Shown here piece by piece: positions 41,460 to 55,025 of a stretch of DNA of 64,000 bases; position 1 is the first letter of the stretch; every line of letters begins with the position of its first letter. The position numbers and the translations under genes are program-made. This stretch comes from Harriotta raleighana. Lineage: Eukaryota. Where the stretch lies: the NCBI GenBank assembly GCA_050575255.1, contig JBNZDD010013683.1:4000456-4064455 (forward strand), written 5' to 3'. A model generated the notes under the pieces. It ran no database searches, was not told where the DNA came from, and saw only the letters and a program-made list of their open reading frames with translations.

Positions 41460-44400
41460 CTGGAAAAGAAGAGATGTAATGTTTTCAGCTGCAGCATTCA
41501 GTTCAGCCAAAAACTGAACTTAAAAGATCAGCGCTATGGCTTTGGCATGCTAGCTAGTAACATCATTAATCGATGAGATTCCTCATTCCTTTTATATTAC
41601 TTTGGATACAGAGAACGTCTAAAATTATCCATACTTGTGGCATCTGGCGCTGGCTTCTTTTAAAAGCACCAAAACAGTTTCGATTGACCTGCACGGGATA
41701 AACAACTCATAGATTCCACTGTGTTGACAATTATGATAATGTCCCTAGAATGCCATTAGATAAGAGATTGCAGATAACAAGATGTTGGGTATTTAATTTA
41801 ACTCTGCGAACGCTGACAGTCCTTCAGGCTAACGATTGCCCACTGTTCATTTCCAACGCATGATTTTTTAAAAAAATGTCATTTAAATTACACCCGAGAA
41901 GGGAGAGAGCAAATGAAAAGAAATTTCATTTGTTTTCTAAACGGGTTTTTAAAATCGACACATGAGCAACAGACACAGCTTGCACTTAGAAATGCAGCAT
42001 CTTTCACACATGTTAATGATCTCCAAGCACGTCACAAAGGCAAGAATTTCCAAGCTTTACACAATACTCGTTATTTTGCCTCAAATCTATTGGTTTAGTT
42101 TGACGAATGTCTCTTGGCACACCTCCCTACCTGTGTAATCTTCTCCAACCTCACCCTCCTTCGTGGATCTTCCACTCAGCAAATTCAAGCCCAGCTGCAT
42201 GTCCTATATCCCCACCCACCTCCGCACTCTCCGGATTTCACAACACGTCAAACAGAAAGTAATAAGCACTTTACTTGTAGCTGGAGAGCTCGGGGAGACA
42301 ATAAACCCGTCAATTTCTGCTCGCTTAGAAAAACTGGTGTTATTGTTCCTACGACAATTTCCTCGGTAAGATGGAGCTACCACTGAGTCACACCAGCTCA
42401 GGAAAATCTGGAGTCTGACATGCTGCTCTGCCTCATGTTAGCTGATCTTCACCGAGCAAGGTACAAACAGCTTTAATCACCTAAAGCTAAGGGGAAGGGG
42501 GATAGGAGGGCAAAAAAATAAAATTCAGTTAGGGTTTCCGTTCCTATTCACTCAGTGGTAATCATTGTTGGAAAGTGCACGTTTGTGGATACAGAATAAG
42601 AAAGGTTTTGAACTTTGAACTTGGATGAGTTATAGTGGGGGTGGGGTAGGGAGAGAGGGGTCCTAAGTTCTTGTAGCTGCAAACTTTTAACACTTGCAAG
42701 AGGAAGAAGGGAGGGGGGGGTGGGTGGAAGTGAATTTTTCAAATTGATGGAAATTGCTTTTAAAACAGCAATAAAGTAGGCATGGGAACACAGCAAAATC
42801 ACTGTTTTTGAGACGTATAGAGTTAAACGTGCTTCACAAGCCGAGTAATACAGTAGTACACAGAATACATAGATGCAAGGGCAGATTAAGCTTTTGACAT
42901 CTTGACTGTTTTTCATGGAACGGTGCCAATTAATAGTGCACAGTAAAGCATTGTACAAACCTGACTGCTCCCTGCCACGCAAACCCTTTGTTGTTACAAC
43001 CTGCGAGACTGCACAGTCAAAGCCCTGGAGCAGAATCATAAGTGGCTTTACTTTCAGGGATGAATTTACTATAACATACCTTGCGGAGTTTGTCCAGAAA
43101 GATGTCCACAACTTAAATCTGGTTCTGGCACAGGGTTTACCGGGCGCACACAGCAACCTGGGTGTCAGCAACATTTGCCCATGGAATTATCCGGCTTCAT
43201 TAAGTTAATGAGTGCTGGAATGTACACACACTGCAGAGCGTCAGGCTTTTCATTGAAATTCTGCCTCTCTCAGTGTCACAATGCCCGAGCTGGCGCTCAC
43301 TCCAGAACACGGTTCTGTATACGTATCTATCTCCCACAACTCAGCCTGAATGAATGCCTGCAGAATGTCTCTGGATGAACAGGGGGGGGGGGGTAAGCAG
43401 GTTTCTGGTTGTGCAGTCACAAACACAGACCCTCAAACTCGGAGAGAGGTGCAGAGCCAAAAGCACCAGTTTAGTCTCAAATCATCCATTGTTTTTATAT
43501 ACATTTTTTCAAAAATCTCTTGCTGAAAATAAGCACACACACACAAACTGAAAACCCAAGCTCATTCCTGCTCAAAGGCTATACAGTATGCACCATTCTG
43601 ACAAGAGTTTACCTCTTCAGATGTTTCTTATCAAGGCAAACGCAGTTATAATGTGACTTCAGATGCATCTGTCTATCCCCTTTGTGTGACCAGCTTAAAA
43701 ACGAGAGCATCCCTTCACACATTTACAAAAACCTGACCTGGAACCGAGATCTTAAGACATTAAATACACCAGTATAGTCAATGTAAAAAAAAAATTATAC
43801 CTTAATCCAGAAACGAGCAGCCAAAAATCAGCATGAACCAAGTCAAGCCATGCTATAGCTCATCTTGTGGTTATCTTTACAGGAAGCACCAGGATACCCT
43901 TAGTGAAAATACAAGGCTGTGGGGGGGGTAGGAGAGGGGGTAGGAAGGTGGAAGGACTGCAAACAATGTGCTGAATGCTTGATGATGGTTCTCACAACCA
44001 ACAGCAACAACAAATTGCTGCCAGAGAACCTGCCTTCAGGCCTCTGCCCAGCCAATCACCTTGAAAAGTAATAACGCACTCTTAGCTGCCTGAGGTGCTC
44101 CTCATTCTCTTCTCAGCCTCCTGCTTTGTCAGTGTCACCAGTGATTGTATTTATGATGCTTGTTTTGTTACCCATACCTTCCGACCTCCTTCCTTCACCA
44201 CCCAATCCCCACCCCGCCCCCACCCCGCACCTCACCGAGGCACTAACAAATCCAATCTGTTAAACATTTCACAAACGACCCCCTGTCCCGGCAAGAATGT
44301 TATCAATCAAGGTATTAAAGCGTGTTGCAGGCAGAGGAGGGGTGGGGGGGGGAGAGAGAAAGAATGACCTTTTCAAAGTCCTGCAGAAATGGAATCAAGG

Positions 44401-45117
44401 ACTGTCGTGAGTCAAGAGCTCTCTTGCTTGCTAACGGTGGAGTATTGTTCAGCCATCGGGCCGTGAGAAGTAAGCGTGAGAAGAGGGTAGAGACACACTT
44501 CTGACGAGCGAGGGAGAATAATGCGCAAAGTGTAGCACTTTCCAGCTTCCGAACTCGAGGAGCAGAGGAATCCGCGACTGTCTTTTATTTGCTCTCTCCG
44601 GCCGCTGGCAGTTACCCAGTCATCACCCCCGTTTTAACCCACTCTAAAGGCTTGTTTCTCACTTGCCAGCTGACACATAAAAGATGCCTACAGAGCCTCA
44701 CTGTTTGTGTTCTGACCCACACTGTGACAATGCATTTCAAGTTTTAAGTCCCTTAAAAGGAGGGAGGAGGTGGGGGGAGGAAAAAAAAACCTCCTTTTGA
44801 AATGTTTCTACTTTGTAGTGGTTTACAGCACCCAGCGGGGTTGATTTTCTGTATCTGCACTGCGTGTAAATCAGAATCCACTTATAATTATAAAATAATT
44901 ATACTCCTTTCTTCTGAAGTACCACCTGATTCTGTTATTGAGACGTCTCAATGGGAGCCACAGCCGTGTCCCACAAACAGCTGTGAATCGAGTGACCAGA
45001 TTTATCCTTTTTTAAAAATGATTACTCCCAGATACCGATTTGCCAATCGACTGATAACCGGGTTCCTACTTTCTGCTGAGTAATCAGAGACAGTAGGTAA
45101 TTCTGCTAGGTAATCAG

Positions 45118-45220
45118 TGGAGTAAGGAAACTTGCCTATGGTTTCTCCCCTCCTAGCAATTGAACTGGGCTCCTCTTGCTTACGAGACGAGCTTGCTAAC
45201 CACTCCGCCACAGGACTCCA
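45118..45220 (-). mobile_element. Diverged SINE head-only fragment
   Basis: Reverse complement reads ggagtcctgtggcggagtggttagc...ggcaagtttccttactccac. Confidence 0.75.
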
Positions 45221-46442
45221 GGTCATTTAGAATGTGAACAGAGCACTTAAACGTAAAATGATCTTAATGTTACAGGCAAGAGTTTGCGTCAGTGGCAATG
45301 TCCAATTTTTTCCGAAAGGTAAAAGCGTCTCGCATTCGTTGTTCACTAAAAGTAAATACTGTACACTTATCGAAGGATTAAATTCCTCAAACCAGCAGAG
45401 CCTCACAGAGCTGATCCTCCATGTCCCACGATCGCTCACGGTTCGGGTTTCATCAGGACGGTCCAGATTTTCAACTTATGCCAAGGTTAGACTGCGCTTG
45501 GATGCGGATTGAAACTGAAATTGCCTACAAATGTGACCTTTCGTGCGTACGCTATCTGTCAAATTAGACACGGCAAAACAGCGCTGGTATCAATGGAGTT
45601 CAAGCAGATCTGATTTGCACACCGCTCCTGAGAGCCCACAGAACGATCGTGACAACATTTGGCTTGGCTAATTCCGACTGTGGTAACCTTTCATTCGACA
45701 CTTTAAGCCTTAATAATAATCCGACATCAGCTTCATGCACTTGCTAATTTAGGAATGTCTCTCTGCTCACACTCTGTGCTCTTGTGATTCTCTCTCTCTC
45801 TTTGGGGATCAAACCCCATTAGCAAGCCCCCAAACACTTAGCCTGTATCACTTTACTCTGCCACTTCTCTCTTCGCTTTCAAAGATCTTGTGCGAAAGTA
45901 AACACACTTTGTCTACTCTAAACGTGTCCCATTTTTTAAATTGTTCTCTTCCACTGTTGTTAAGTCCTCTATGAAAAGTTCCTCTATGTAAAATCGTGCC
46001 CAAAAAATGCAAGTTGCCAGGGTGGGACACCCCTAACCTTGGTGTAAGTGCTGAAATATAAAGAGAACAACAGCACTTCTGGAGAGATGAGTTCTTTAAC
46101 TCGAGGTTGTTAGGGATTTACTACTGGCAGAACCCTATTATCGAGCTATAGGATGAGATAAGGTCTGCAGACTATTGAGACCGGGTGCTGTGTAAACTCC
46201 AAGAAGGGTAAAATTCTTCAGGCTCTAGCACAGAGATCGACTGCCAAAAGATGGAAAGCAGTTTGTTCCTGGTTCATAAACTTAATTTATTCAGTTTATT
46301 CAGTCCTACGTTAGGTCTCAACATCTGTGGGGGAATTCACTCTCTCTGGCTTTGTCTCTGCGCACTGAGGTCAAAGCTTAGTGTGCACAATCCCGGGATG
46401 TTAGATGTCTGTCAGAGAGTATGGAACGGTACCTGGATTTGT

Positions 46443-46753
46443 GGAAGTGTAGCTCAGTGGTTAGAGCATTCGCCTTACAAGCGTGAGACCTATGTTTCGA
46501 ATCCAGGCAGATCAGGGCGAAATCTTGCGCAAGTTTCCTTACTCTATACCCTAATAATAATCCGTCAAAATTTGTTGTTTTGTTAAATTGGTCATTTCAA
46601 TCCACGACTGTTTGTGGGACACTGCTGTGTGCATTGGCTGCTGCGTTTCACCCACAATAATACAGTCAATTCACTTTACAGTATATTCTGTGAAGTGCTT
46701 TGAGACGTCTGGAAGACGTGAAATGTGCTATATCTAATGCAAGGATTAATAAT
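46443..46753 (+). mobile_element. Same SINE family, full length with canonical A and B boxes
   Basis: TAGCTCAGTGG and GTTTCGAATCC boxes, complete body and tail. Confidence 0.92.
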
Positions 46754-47961
46754 TTTTCCGTCACCCCACTCCCCCCCCACCACACTCCCTTCCCCCTCGT
46801 GTGGGAGGTGTAAGATCAGAGGCTCTGATGTATTGGGCTTGGTGTGCACAAATTAGCTGCCAAGTTTGCCAACAAATAATCAGTCACTACCTTTGACAGC
46901 TATTACCCGTGGAGTGCTATGAGGCATTTTGAGGTTCACATCCTATATCCGATGCACGGATGATTATTCTTCAAAAGAATACTCTTGTAAACCAAAGGTA
47001 TGGTGTGAAAGTGCTTCAAGACATTTCTTCAAGATATTTGAGAGAGGCTCATTTAAAAGAATGCATTATCCAGAGATAAATTTCACGGGTGCAATTTTAG
47101 CTGCCCATTTCTCTCCTCAACAACTTGAGCACATAAAAAAACGTGAGCTGAAACAAGTAACAAAAGGAAAACAGCTCAAGGCCATTTGGGTTGGATCCCC
47201 AGCAGTCTGCCAGCTAAATACCGTAATCAGTCATTCTGAGGCTACTGACAGAGGTAGACTCTCTGAGAAGCTGTGCTTTTACGCAGATACGGGTTCATTA
47301 AAATATTCACAAGTGGAAAATCAATGCAAGATTTTACTCAGCACTGACCAAGCGTGAACATATCTCATCAACGACAGTCCGCACCATGTCCTCACATGAA
47401 CCGTTAAAAGTTCAGTGAAGATGCATCTATGTGGAAAATGTGTGCACATTTGCAGAGGCTGAGTGCGACCTAGTGGAAAAGAAAACCCGCCAACAGCACG
47501 ATCAGAAAGGCTTAGTCCCACGGCGGGCAACGAACCCTGGAAAAGCACAGCCTAACTTATTCGAGCCACCTGTACTCAGTTAGTTCCACTGGATGGTGAT
47601 ACCCAATTAAACAATCCACCTCTAACTCAACAGTACGTTTATTCTAAGAGTCAAGCCTTTCCTGCTGCAATGTAAAGTTGACGCGAAAATTAGCCCGGAT
47701 ACGGTGTGCAAGGGCAAAACAACTAAAAGCCTAGGGTGTGAAATTCCTCTGGATGCTAATTGTAATGATCTTTGACAATCTTTGCTAATATGAAATGGCC
47801 CTGTCAAGCGCACATCAGAATTGAGGTTTTAAGCTCAAGAGGTCAACTTGGTCCACAGAGTATGTCCAAAGACTGATCCCCTGGCTCTATTCGCCTTATC
47901 CCAATCACGACAGACTCCATAGCTCCACAGAAAATGTCACAAGCTGAGCTTGTTCACAAAA

Positions 47962-48272
47962 TATTGTTTATGGGACACTGCTGACCACAACAGGCTGCCG
48001 CGTTTCTTCCACAAAATACAGTCAATTGACTTTATAGTATATTCCGCTATTAGAATATTTTAGGAGACCTATAGCTCAGTGGTTAGAGCACTCGCCTTAC
48101 AAGCGAGCACTCTCTTTACAAGCGAATCCAACCCAGAGACATTGCTGAATGTGATTGGCTGCCGGGTTTCGCCCCAAAATAGTCAATTCATTCTACAGTA
48201 TATTCTGTGAAGCACTTTGAGATGTCTAGATGACGTGAAAGGCGCTCTATCAAATGCAAGGATTATTATAAT
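47962..48272 (+). mobile_element. SINE core fragment followed by a second, internally deleted copy starting at 48063
   Basis: Family core at 47962-48045; head and tail at 48063-48272. Confidence 0.85.
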
Positions 48273-49491
48273 TACTGTACTATTATTATTGCAATAGACC
48301 CGATTCTGTTCATAGAAGTGCCTCCTCAAAGCTCAACAAAACATTGACCTCTTTGGAATGATTCTGTGATTATAAACATACTGCCTTGACTTATCCTTTA
48401 TTTGCTCTGCAAAGTTAAAGAAAAACAGGACAGTGGGAGGGAGACAGTATTATTTTACATTGAAAGGAAACAGTATTGCTAATATAATCACTCAAGGCCT
48501 GTTTACTCATCCTTTATTGCTTCTACCGAAAATATTCTAATAGTTGATAAGGATGTAAACTATATTGGTTTTAAATGGCACAATGTGTGATAGATTACTT
48601 CCCTTTTACCTATTTGATGAAATTCCTCATTTTACCAATGTACATTAACAGCAGTATGTATCCACCAAAAATCCCAATTCTCTCAATGCTGCTTGAAATA
48701 GAGACATCAGTTAGCTGTGAACCAGCCCCAACCCATCCTTTCCCAAAGGATATAAATTGCAGCTTGTGTCATTCATATCACCCTCAACATTGACCTCGAT
48801 TTAATCCGAGCAAGTGTCAATTAAGAAATAACGTCTGATTATTGTCCGTTTTAAAATCAAAGGAAAATAAAAATTGATGTCAGGGTGGTGGGACAGAGCT
48901 GCAGATAAACATTTTACTCAGCAAATAAATTCCGATAAAATGATAGTAAGACATAGGTCACTTGAATCTAAGCTGTGGTTCCCCGCTTCTGATTTGCACT
49001 GACAGAGAGAGCCAAGTACAGTGTACTGGATGCTGCCAAGTTTACACTCTCATGACCTGAAAAGCCACGGAAACAAAATCTTAGGAAAACAGAATTTGAC
49101 TTTGTATAAAACAACTTGCCTTCACGTAGGATGCATCAGTAAAAAATTGGGTAAGGACATTGTCAGATCCCAAGCAAGTCAGGAGAGGAAGGGGAGAGAA
49201 GACTGAATGTAATTAACATTAGCTCAGTTGCGATATTTTTCAATTAAAATGCCAATGCTTTACTGAACACACCTTGAGTAGAATACGAGTCATCACAGCT
49301 ACACTTCCACAATACACCACGAGGTGGCATCCTACCCAATGCTAGAATAGAATCTGCTTTAAAACATGTAAGATTTACATCAATTTTCTTTTAGAAGTGG
49401 TGTTTGAACACTCCCCACAAATGATTACCTCCAACAGGACATCTGTGTACTTGGAATTGCAGCTACTCTATTTGAAGGAGTTGTTCACAGA

Positions 49492-49793
49492 TAATAATAA
49501 AACTGATAATCCTTGCATTTGATATAGCGCTTTTCACATCTTCTAGATGTCCCAAAGCACTTCACAGAATATTAAAAAGTGAATTGACTGTATATTTGTG
49601 GGCAAAATGCAGTAGCCAACAGCACATACTAGTGTCCCACAAATAGTCATGGACTGAAAAGACCAATTTTTTTTTTGAGGGATTATTATTAGGTGGAATA
49701 AGGAAACTTGCCCAAGGTTTCTCCCTCCCTGGATTGGAACACAGGTCTCACGCTTGTCAGGCGAGTGCTCTAACCAGTGAGCTACAGGTCTCC
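49492..49793 (-). mobile_element. Same SINE family, full length, minus strand
   Basis: Reverse complement of head, body and tail. Confidence 0.9.
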
Positions 49794-49899
49794 ACAGATA
49801 GGAAATTCAAAGGATAGAATAGAATACTTTCTTATTTCTCAAAAAAAAAGTACAAGTTTAGTTAACAGGCAGGAAGAAGGGGTGCAAGGCATTGCATTC

Positions 49900-50033
49900 C
49901 ACGTTTGTCTGTGTGCAATTGGCTGCCACATTTTTCCCACAAACTAAACAGCCAATTCACTTCATAGTATAGTCAATGAAAGGCTTTGAGACGTCTAGAA
50001 GGCGCTGTATCAAATGCAAGGATTATTATTATT
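49900..50033 (+). mobile_element. SINE 3' fragment
   Basis: tgtgcaattggctgcc...aaatgcaaggattatta. Confidence 0.82.
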
Positions 50034-50579
50034 AGCAGTAATTAAAGAAAAAAGAGATGAACCTATCCCAGATCAAAGAGATAAAGTGCTCAGGCTCTAG
50101 ATCTATTCATCTTACAATAGACAACTATTATCTGTGTTGAAGCAGAAAGCTAACTGGAGAATAAATGGAGAGGGGGGTGGGAAGAGGTAAAGGTACATCT
50201 TTAAAATGGTTCTGATTTCGATTTTCTTTTGTTCCACCCTGAATTTACATTACAGAAGGACTCTCATTATGTTGTTCTTTATTGTAATGCAGTTCCATAA
50301 TGGGCTTGCTTTCAAATTTTCCTGTCACTTATCAGTAAATGTTCACCCATTATCATTCAACAGCACAACACAGCATTTCAAAGCAATCTCTCTTTTTGAT
50401 CCCGACAGACCCTAGTTTCGATAGGGAGTCACGCCCCAAAAATGTTTCAATGCGTTCGCTTTGAGAGGCTCTTTGAGGCGCACTGAATTTCCAGCAAAAT
50501 TCAGATTTTACTCTCTACCTTAATTCACCCTTCGTATCAGTTGCCACTGAAATGCAAAACCCTTGAAATTCAGTGTTTG

Positions 50580-50810
50580 ATAACCTGCGTTGGCTGAATT
50601 ATTCCAATGCACTGCTCACCAGACTCTCCACATGCTCCCTACTCCAACCTCTCTACAGTCTATCCAGAACCCCGCAGCTTGTGTCCTCTCCTGTAGCAAA
50701 CCTTGCGAATCCATCACTCTCAACCCAGCTCAGCTGCACTGGCTTCCAGCGTCTTGGGACGTCCTCCCCACATGAAAGACGCTCTATGGTATGTCATTTT
50801 GTTGTTGTTT
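50580..50810 (+). mobile_element. Older, internally deleted L2 fragment
   Basis: LQSIQNPAA..L and LHWLP motifs followed by the L2 tail. Confidence 0.7.
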
Positions 50811-50972
50811 TTCTTCCCACCCACCCAGTGGACAATGTCATAAATCGGTCCTGACTTCTGGAGAAGTACACCCCAATATCTATCATTTGATTCAACCAAG
50901 AGCGTTGCACAATGTCACTAAAAGGGAAAATAAAAGGCAATCACTGTAATGTTTACCTACATAACCTCGAAT

Positions 50973-51135
50973 GAATTGGTCATTTCAATCCATGGGACAC
51001 TGCTGTGCGCAATTGGCTGCTGTGTTTCGCCCACAAATATACAGTCAATTCACTTTGCAGGATATTCTGTGAAGCGGTTTGAGATGTCTGGAAGATGTGA
51101 AAAGCGCTACATCAAATACAAAGATTATTATTTTA
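50973..51135 (+). mobile_element. SINE 3' half
   Basis: aattggtcatttcaatcc through to the tail. Confidence 0.88.
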
Positions 51136-51771
51136 TTACAACTGCATGTTGGATACCTACAGATTATTTTAACACCTCGATGTACAAGATAAACAACCCT
51201 GTCATAACCCTGTGAAGCTCCACAATGCGGAAAGGAAACTAGAATTTAAAATGCTGGATGAAGCACACTTTGGGTTTGTGTATCGTGTGATGGGAGAACT
51301 GAGAGAGGGAGTCACTGCGGTTCTCAGCATTGGGAGCTCCTCATCTAAAGGTCAGTCATAATGGGCGAGGGCGTAAGCAAAAGGACGGGCACTTTCCCCA
51401 CAGGAAGGAACTAAAAATTCACAGCAAAAGGGCAGCCCAGGGCACACTTACACATCATCCAGCAGCTACCAATTCAGCCCAGTGGCAGAGGCTGGCTGCC
51501 AAGCTCCTCGGTGAGAGGTGGGGGAGGACGCCAACTGCCTTTGGACCTCGAGAGTCACACTTTCTGGTTAACAACCTAACTCGCTTTGGTGTTTGTCGCT
51601 CTAAACAACAAAGCCGACTCCACAAATTGAAAACGATTCATCTCTGATGGCTCGGCAATGAGTTGCTGCCGGAGCCACATAGACAAAACCCCAGGCTTTG
51701 TTGCGTTACCTGATCTCAGCTTGGGAAAGTGGTGCTAACACTGACCCCAGGGGCAGAATGATGTTAGCAAC

Positions 51772-51880
51772 AAATAATAATCCTTGCATTTGATGTAGCG
51801 CTTTTCTCAACTTATCGACTTCTGAAAGTGCTTCACAAGAATATACTGTAACGTGAATTGAATGTATATATGTGGGCGAA
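51772..51880 (-). mobile_element. SINE 3' fragment
   Basis: aataataatccttgcatttgatgtagcgc...gtgggcgaa. Confidence 0.82.
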
Positions 51881-52261
51881 GTAAGGGTTGTTATTCCTGA
51901 TCTCCATCTCTGATCTCAAGTGGTACATGAGCTAAATGTGGTGTAACTGTCCTCATACACTGTTATTATTTATACTCTGATCCCGATGCTGCAAAAATAT
52001 TCAGTAACAATGGTGTATAATGTGCACAAATAATTCACTGGTGTTTGTTTTTTCTTCAACTTAATTGGGGGAAGAATCCTATTCTGTTCAACCACGTAAC
52101 CAATCAAGCCAAACTTAGGCCATTGATCTTCTCACACTGACGCGCAGCAGAGATAAAGAATTGTGCGGGGAATGGAGCTTTAAAATTTGTCGGTATATTT
52201 CAGTCGCATGTGGAAAGGTCACAAACCCTGATCTGTGGCTGTGCAGAACATCTCTTTACCC

Positions 52262-52560
52262 ATTACAACAGCACCTGTTGCCTCAGCTCTACCGGGTCTG
52301 GCCTCCTCCTTGTCCCCCCGAATCCTCCGCTCCACCATCGGCAGCCGTGCTTTCAACCACTAACGCCCTGAGGCTCTGGAACTCCCTTACTCACTCCCTT
52401 CGCCTCGCCCGCCCCCCCACCTCCCGCCCACCACCCCCAGTTCCTCTCTTCCTAGTTTCAGGTCTTGGCTACAGACCTTTCTTTTCGACCGCGCTTTCGG
52501 TCACTTTCTCACCCCTCCCCTGGCTGGATAAATCCAAGTTGTTGCTGCCGTTGTTGTTGT
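52262..52560 (+). mobile_element. L2-type LINE 3' fragment
   Basis: LRLWNSL, agacctttcttttcgaccg, tail ataaatccaagttgttg. Confidence 0.8.
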
Positions 52561-52613
52561 ACTGAGATAAGTTGCCCAAACACGTTTAGATTGAAGGCTT
52601 TGCCTCTCCTCAC

Positions 52614-53003
52614 CCGCTGGCGATATCATCGGTCCGCAGGTTCTTGGCCAGGACGTCGCCATCGCTCATGTAACCAGCCACGTCCAAGTTGATGGCCTCG
52701 AGATCCATGTCGTCACCGCTCTTATCCGGGATGTCCGAGTGGCACACGTTGCTGCTACGTGACGCCAGCTGCCTGCGGAGCGGTGTGGTGTACATGTAGC
52801 GGCCAGACTCGGGATGGATGAAGCGGCTGGCGTTGGCCCGAGGAGGGTACCCGTTGCCCAACGAGGGAGCGTCGCCGGCCTGGAGTCGAGGGCTCGATTG
52901 GCCAAGTCTCCACGACAACGGGGTGGACCTGCCCGTCATGCTGAGAATACTGCGTCCGCTGATCTCCGTGGTAACACTGCTGTCAAAAGTGGTCTCCAGT
53001 GTG
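52614..53003 (-). CDS. NAV2: NAV2 exon, 390 nt (TLETTFDSSVTTE...RLQAGDAPS...GYMSDGDVLAKNLRTDDIASG)
   Basis: Navigator motifs SPRLQAGDAPS and GYMSDGD. Acceptor tgtctag|C, donor GG|GTGAGG, phase 2 to 2. Confidence 0.97.
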
Positions 53004-53026
53004 CTAGACAAAAAAAAAGAAACACA

Positions 53027-53107
53027 AGAGAGAGAGAGAGAGAGAGAGAGAAAACTCTCACATCAAAGCGACGCAGAGAGAGGGAGAGAGAGAAAGAGAG
53101 AGAGAGA
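53027..53107. repeat. (GA)n microsatellites; on the pre-mRNA they form (UC)n upstream of the 53003 acceptor
   Basis: Seen directly. Other (GA/TC)n tracts at about 26857-26878, 33141-33160, 58779-58803 and 62773-62800. Confidence 0.9.
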
Positions 53108-54259
53108 AACTCAACAGAGCAGATCCATACTTGGGTGCCAACATTGCATTGGAAAACACCACTTACACAAGGCCAGAATTTATATTCATCGTTGAATGCC
53201 AACGAAACAAAATGTTCGCGAACAGCAGGGGGTTCCGAGTTTTGTTTCCCCGGACATTATTTTGCACAAAGGAACCTATTGGCCCAATTGCTGGACTCAT
53301 AGTGTACACACACACACACTCAGTACAACAAACAGGCTTGAAGGCATTCACAATGATCAGTGAAGCCAGCTCCATCGTCCAAAGAGTACAGTAAATTATA
53401 TTCAAGATACACAAATGTCTACTCCAGGCTTAATGTTAATCACAAAGCTCCGAACGATGGGCTTAAAAGCTACTGAAAGGTTCAGGTGTTGCCAGAGGTC
53501 GTATTCCCACATTCAGTTGGTCAAAAAGCTTGCTTGTCCTCCTTTGAACGGCTTGTTTCAGCTACTTAAAAAGGAATACTTGCCAAAAATCTGAACATGA
53601 AATGTGTCATAAATAGAAAACAAACCTCTATCTCATTGATCTGGTTATTTAAATACCAAAACGTTTGTTTAGCTTCTTCAGCTGAATTATTTAAATAGAC
53701 TTAGTTCAGTTGGGTTTTTTTTGCCCAACATTCAAACCCAATTCATGCCTTCAGAAATTGAAGCTAGACATATCTGAAGTTTACACAAGACACACGACTG
53801 ATGAAAGCTAAATCTTCACAAGCCAAGACAACATCAATGTACAGTACTTTGTTTACTGTGGGGAAGATTTTTCTTCCATTCTACAGTACTGTACTGACTA
53901 CGTTTTATATGGAAATAGTATGCAGGAGAGAGAGTTGCTTTGTTTGGATTAGCTGCTTATGTTTTATTCAAAACTTCCAGTGCATTCACCATCATCTTAT
54001 CTGCATGTTATCAATTTAACTCAGCAGCCCATCTCCTTACAACGGGCTCAGATTTTCAGCCTATCCTTACGTCTTGCACACGAGACATCAAAGTGTTGCG
54101 TTTGATTATTAGACGAAAATAGCTTGTCAACAGCATAAGTATCTGGTTTGAGAGGTGTACTCGCTGCCCACGCCATATTATATGGTTCCAAGTGTAATGA
54201 TGTTTGTGTTGGTGACTCTCAACATTCAAGTGAACAATTGCCAGCGAGCGCACGGGTAC

Positions 54260-54368
54260 CTGTGTGTGATCTGCGTCCCTCGTAAACTTGACATGGTCTC
54301 CTCCAGGTTCTGACGAAGGTCAGCGATGTTCTTAACCGTCCGCAGCCTTCGAGTCTCGGGATCATCTC
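54260..54368 (-). CDS. NAV2: NAV2 exon, 109 nt (DDPETRRLRTVKNIADLRQNLEETMSSLRGTQITHS), coiled-coil
   Basis: Navigator signature DLRQNLEETMSSLRG. Acceptor tctgtag|, donor AG|GTACCC, phase 1 to 2. Confidence 0.97.
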
Positions 54369-54902
54369 CTACAGACAGAATCACCTTATGAAATGGAATG
54401 CTTTGTGATCTTTACGACCCCGCAAAAGGCGTCATAACTACAGCCACACATACACATCCGCTGAGCTCACTGTTCCTACACATCTTTACATCAGTGGAGC
54501 CAGCCACATCTTCCAAAGAGTACAGTAAGTTCAAGGTACGCAAATGCATACCCCAGGCTTAATGTTAATCACAATGCTCCGACAGATGGAGCAAAAGCTC
54601 AACAGATGGACCACGTCACATCGTGTTTAAATTGCTGTTGGTTTTTTTTCCTGTCACACTTCATGACCCGAAATATAGGACTTCTGCTGCGTGTCGAAGT
54701 ATCACCAGCCAGAAAATTCAGTTGCTCTGAATATAAGAACAGAACATCCTTGAAACAATTTTCTGGCCTATTTTATATTAGAACAATAACATTGACAGGG
54801 GTCTTTCTCTTCCATTTATAACGAACCTCACCATCACATCCCAGTTCAAATTGCTAATTCTTGTTTTATTGCCACACTTCAGATGCTCTAACTATTTTAT
54901 AC

Positions 54903-55025
54903 CGGCTGCCGCATTTCGCCCACACTTATACAGTCAATTCCCTTTACAGAACATTCTGTGAAGCGCTTTGAGACGTCTGGAAGAAGTGAAAAGCGCTACA
55001 ATCAAATGCAAGGATTATTATCATT
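54903..55025 (+). mobile_element. SINE 3' fragment; further fragments at about 55360-55450 and 55864-55937 flank the N gap
   Basis: ggctgccgcatttcgcccac through to the tail. Confidence 0.82.

Noticed and set aside
42548-43174. 208-aa minus-strand ORF
   Set aside because: Low-complexity intronic composition, no recognisable domain and no fitting splice phase.
45900-46036. Possible hAT-type transposon end (taggggtgtcccaccctggcaac on the minus strand)
   Set aside because: No matching second terminal repeat or TSD found; too weak to call.
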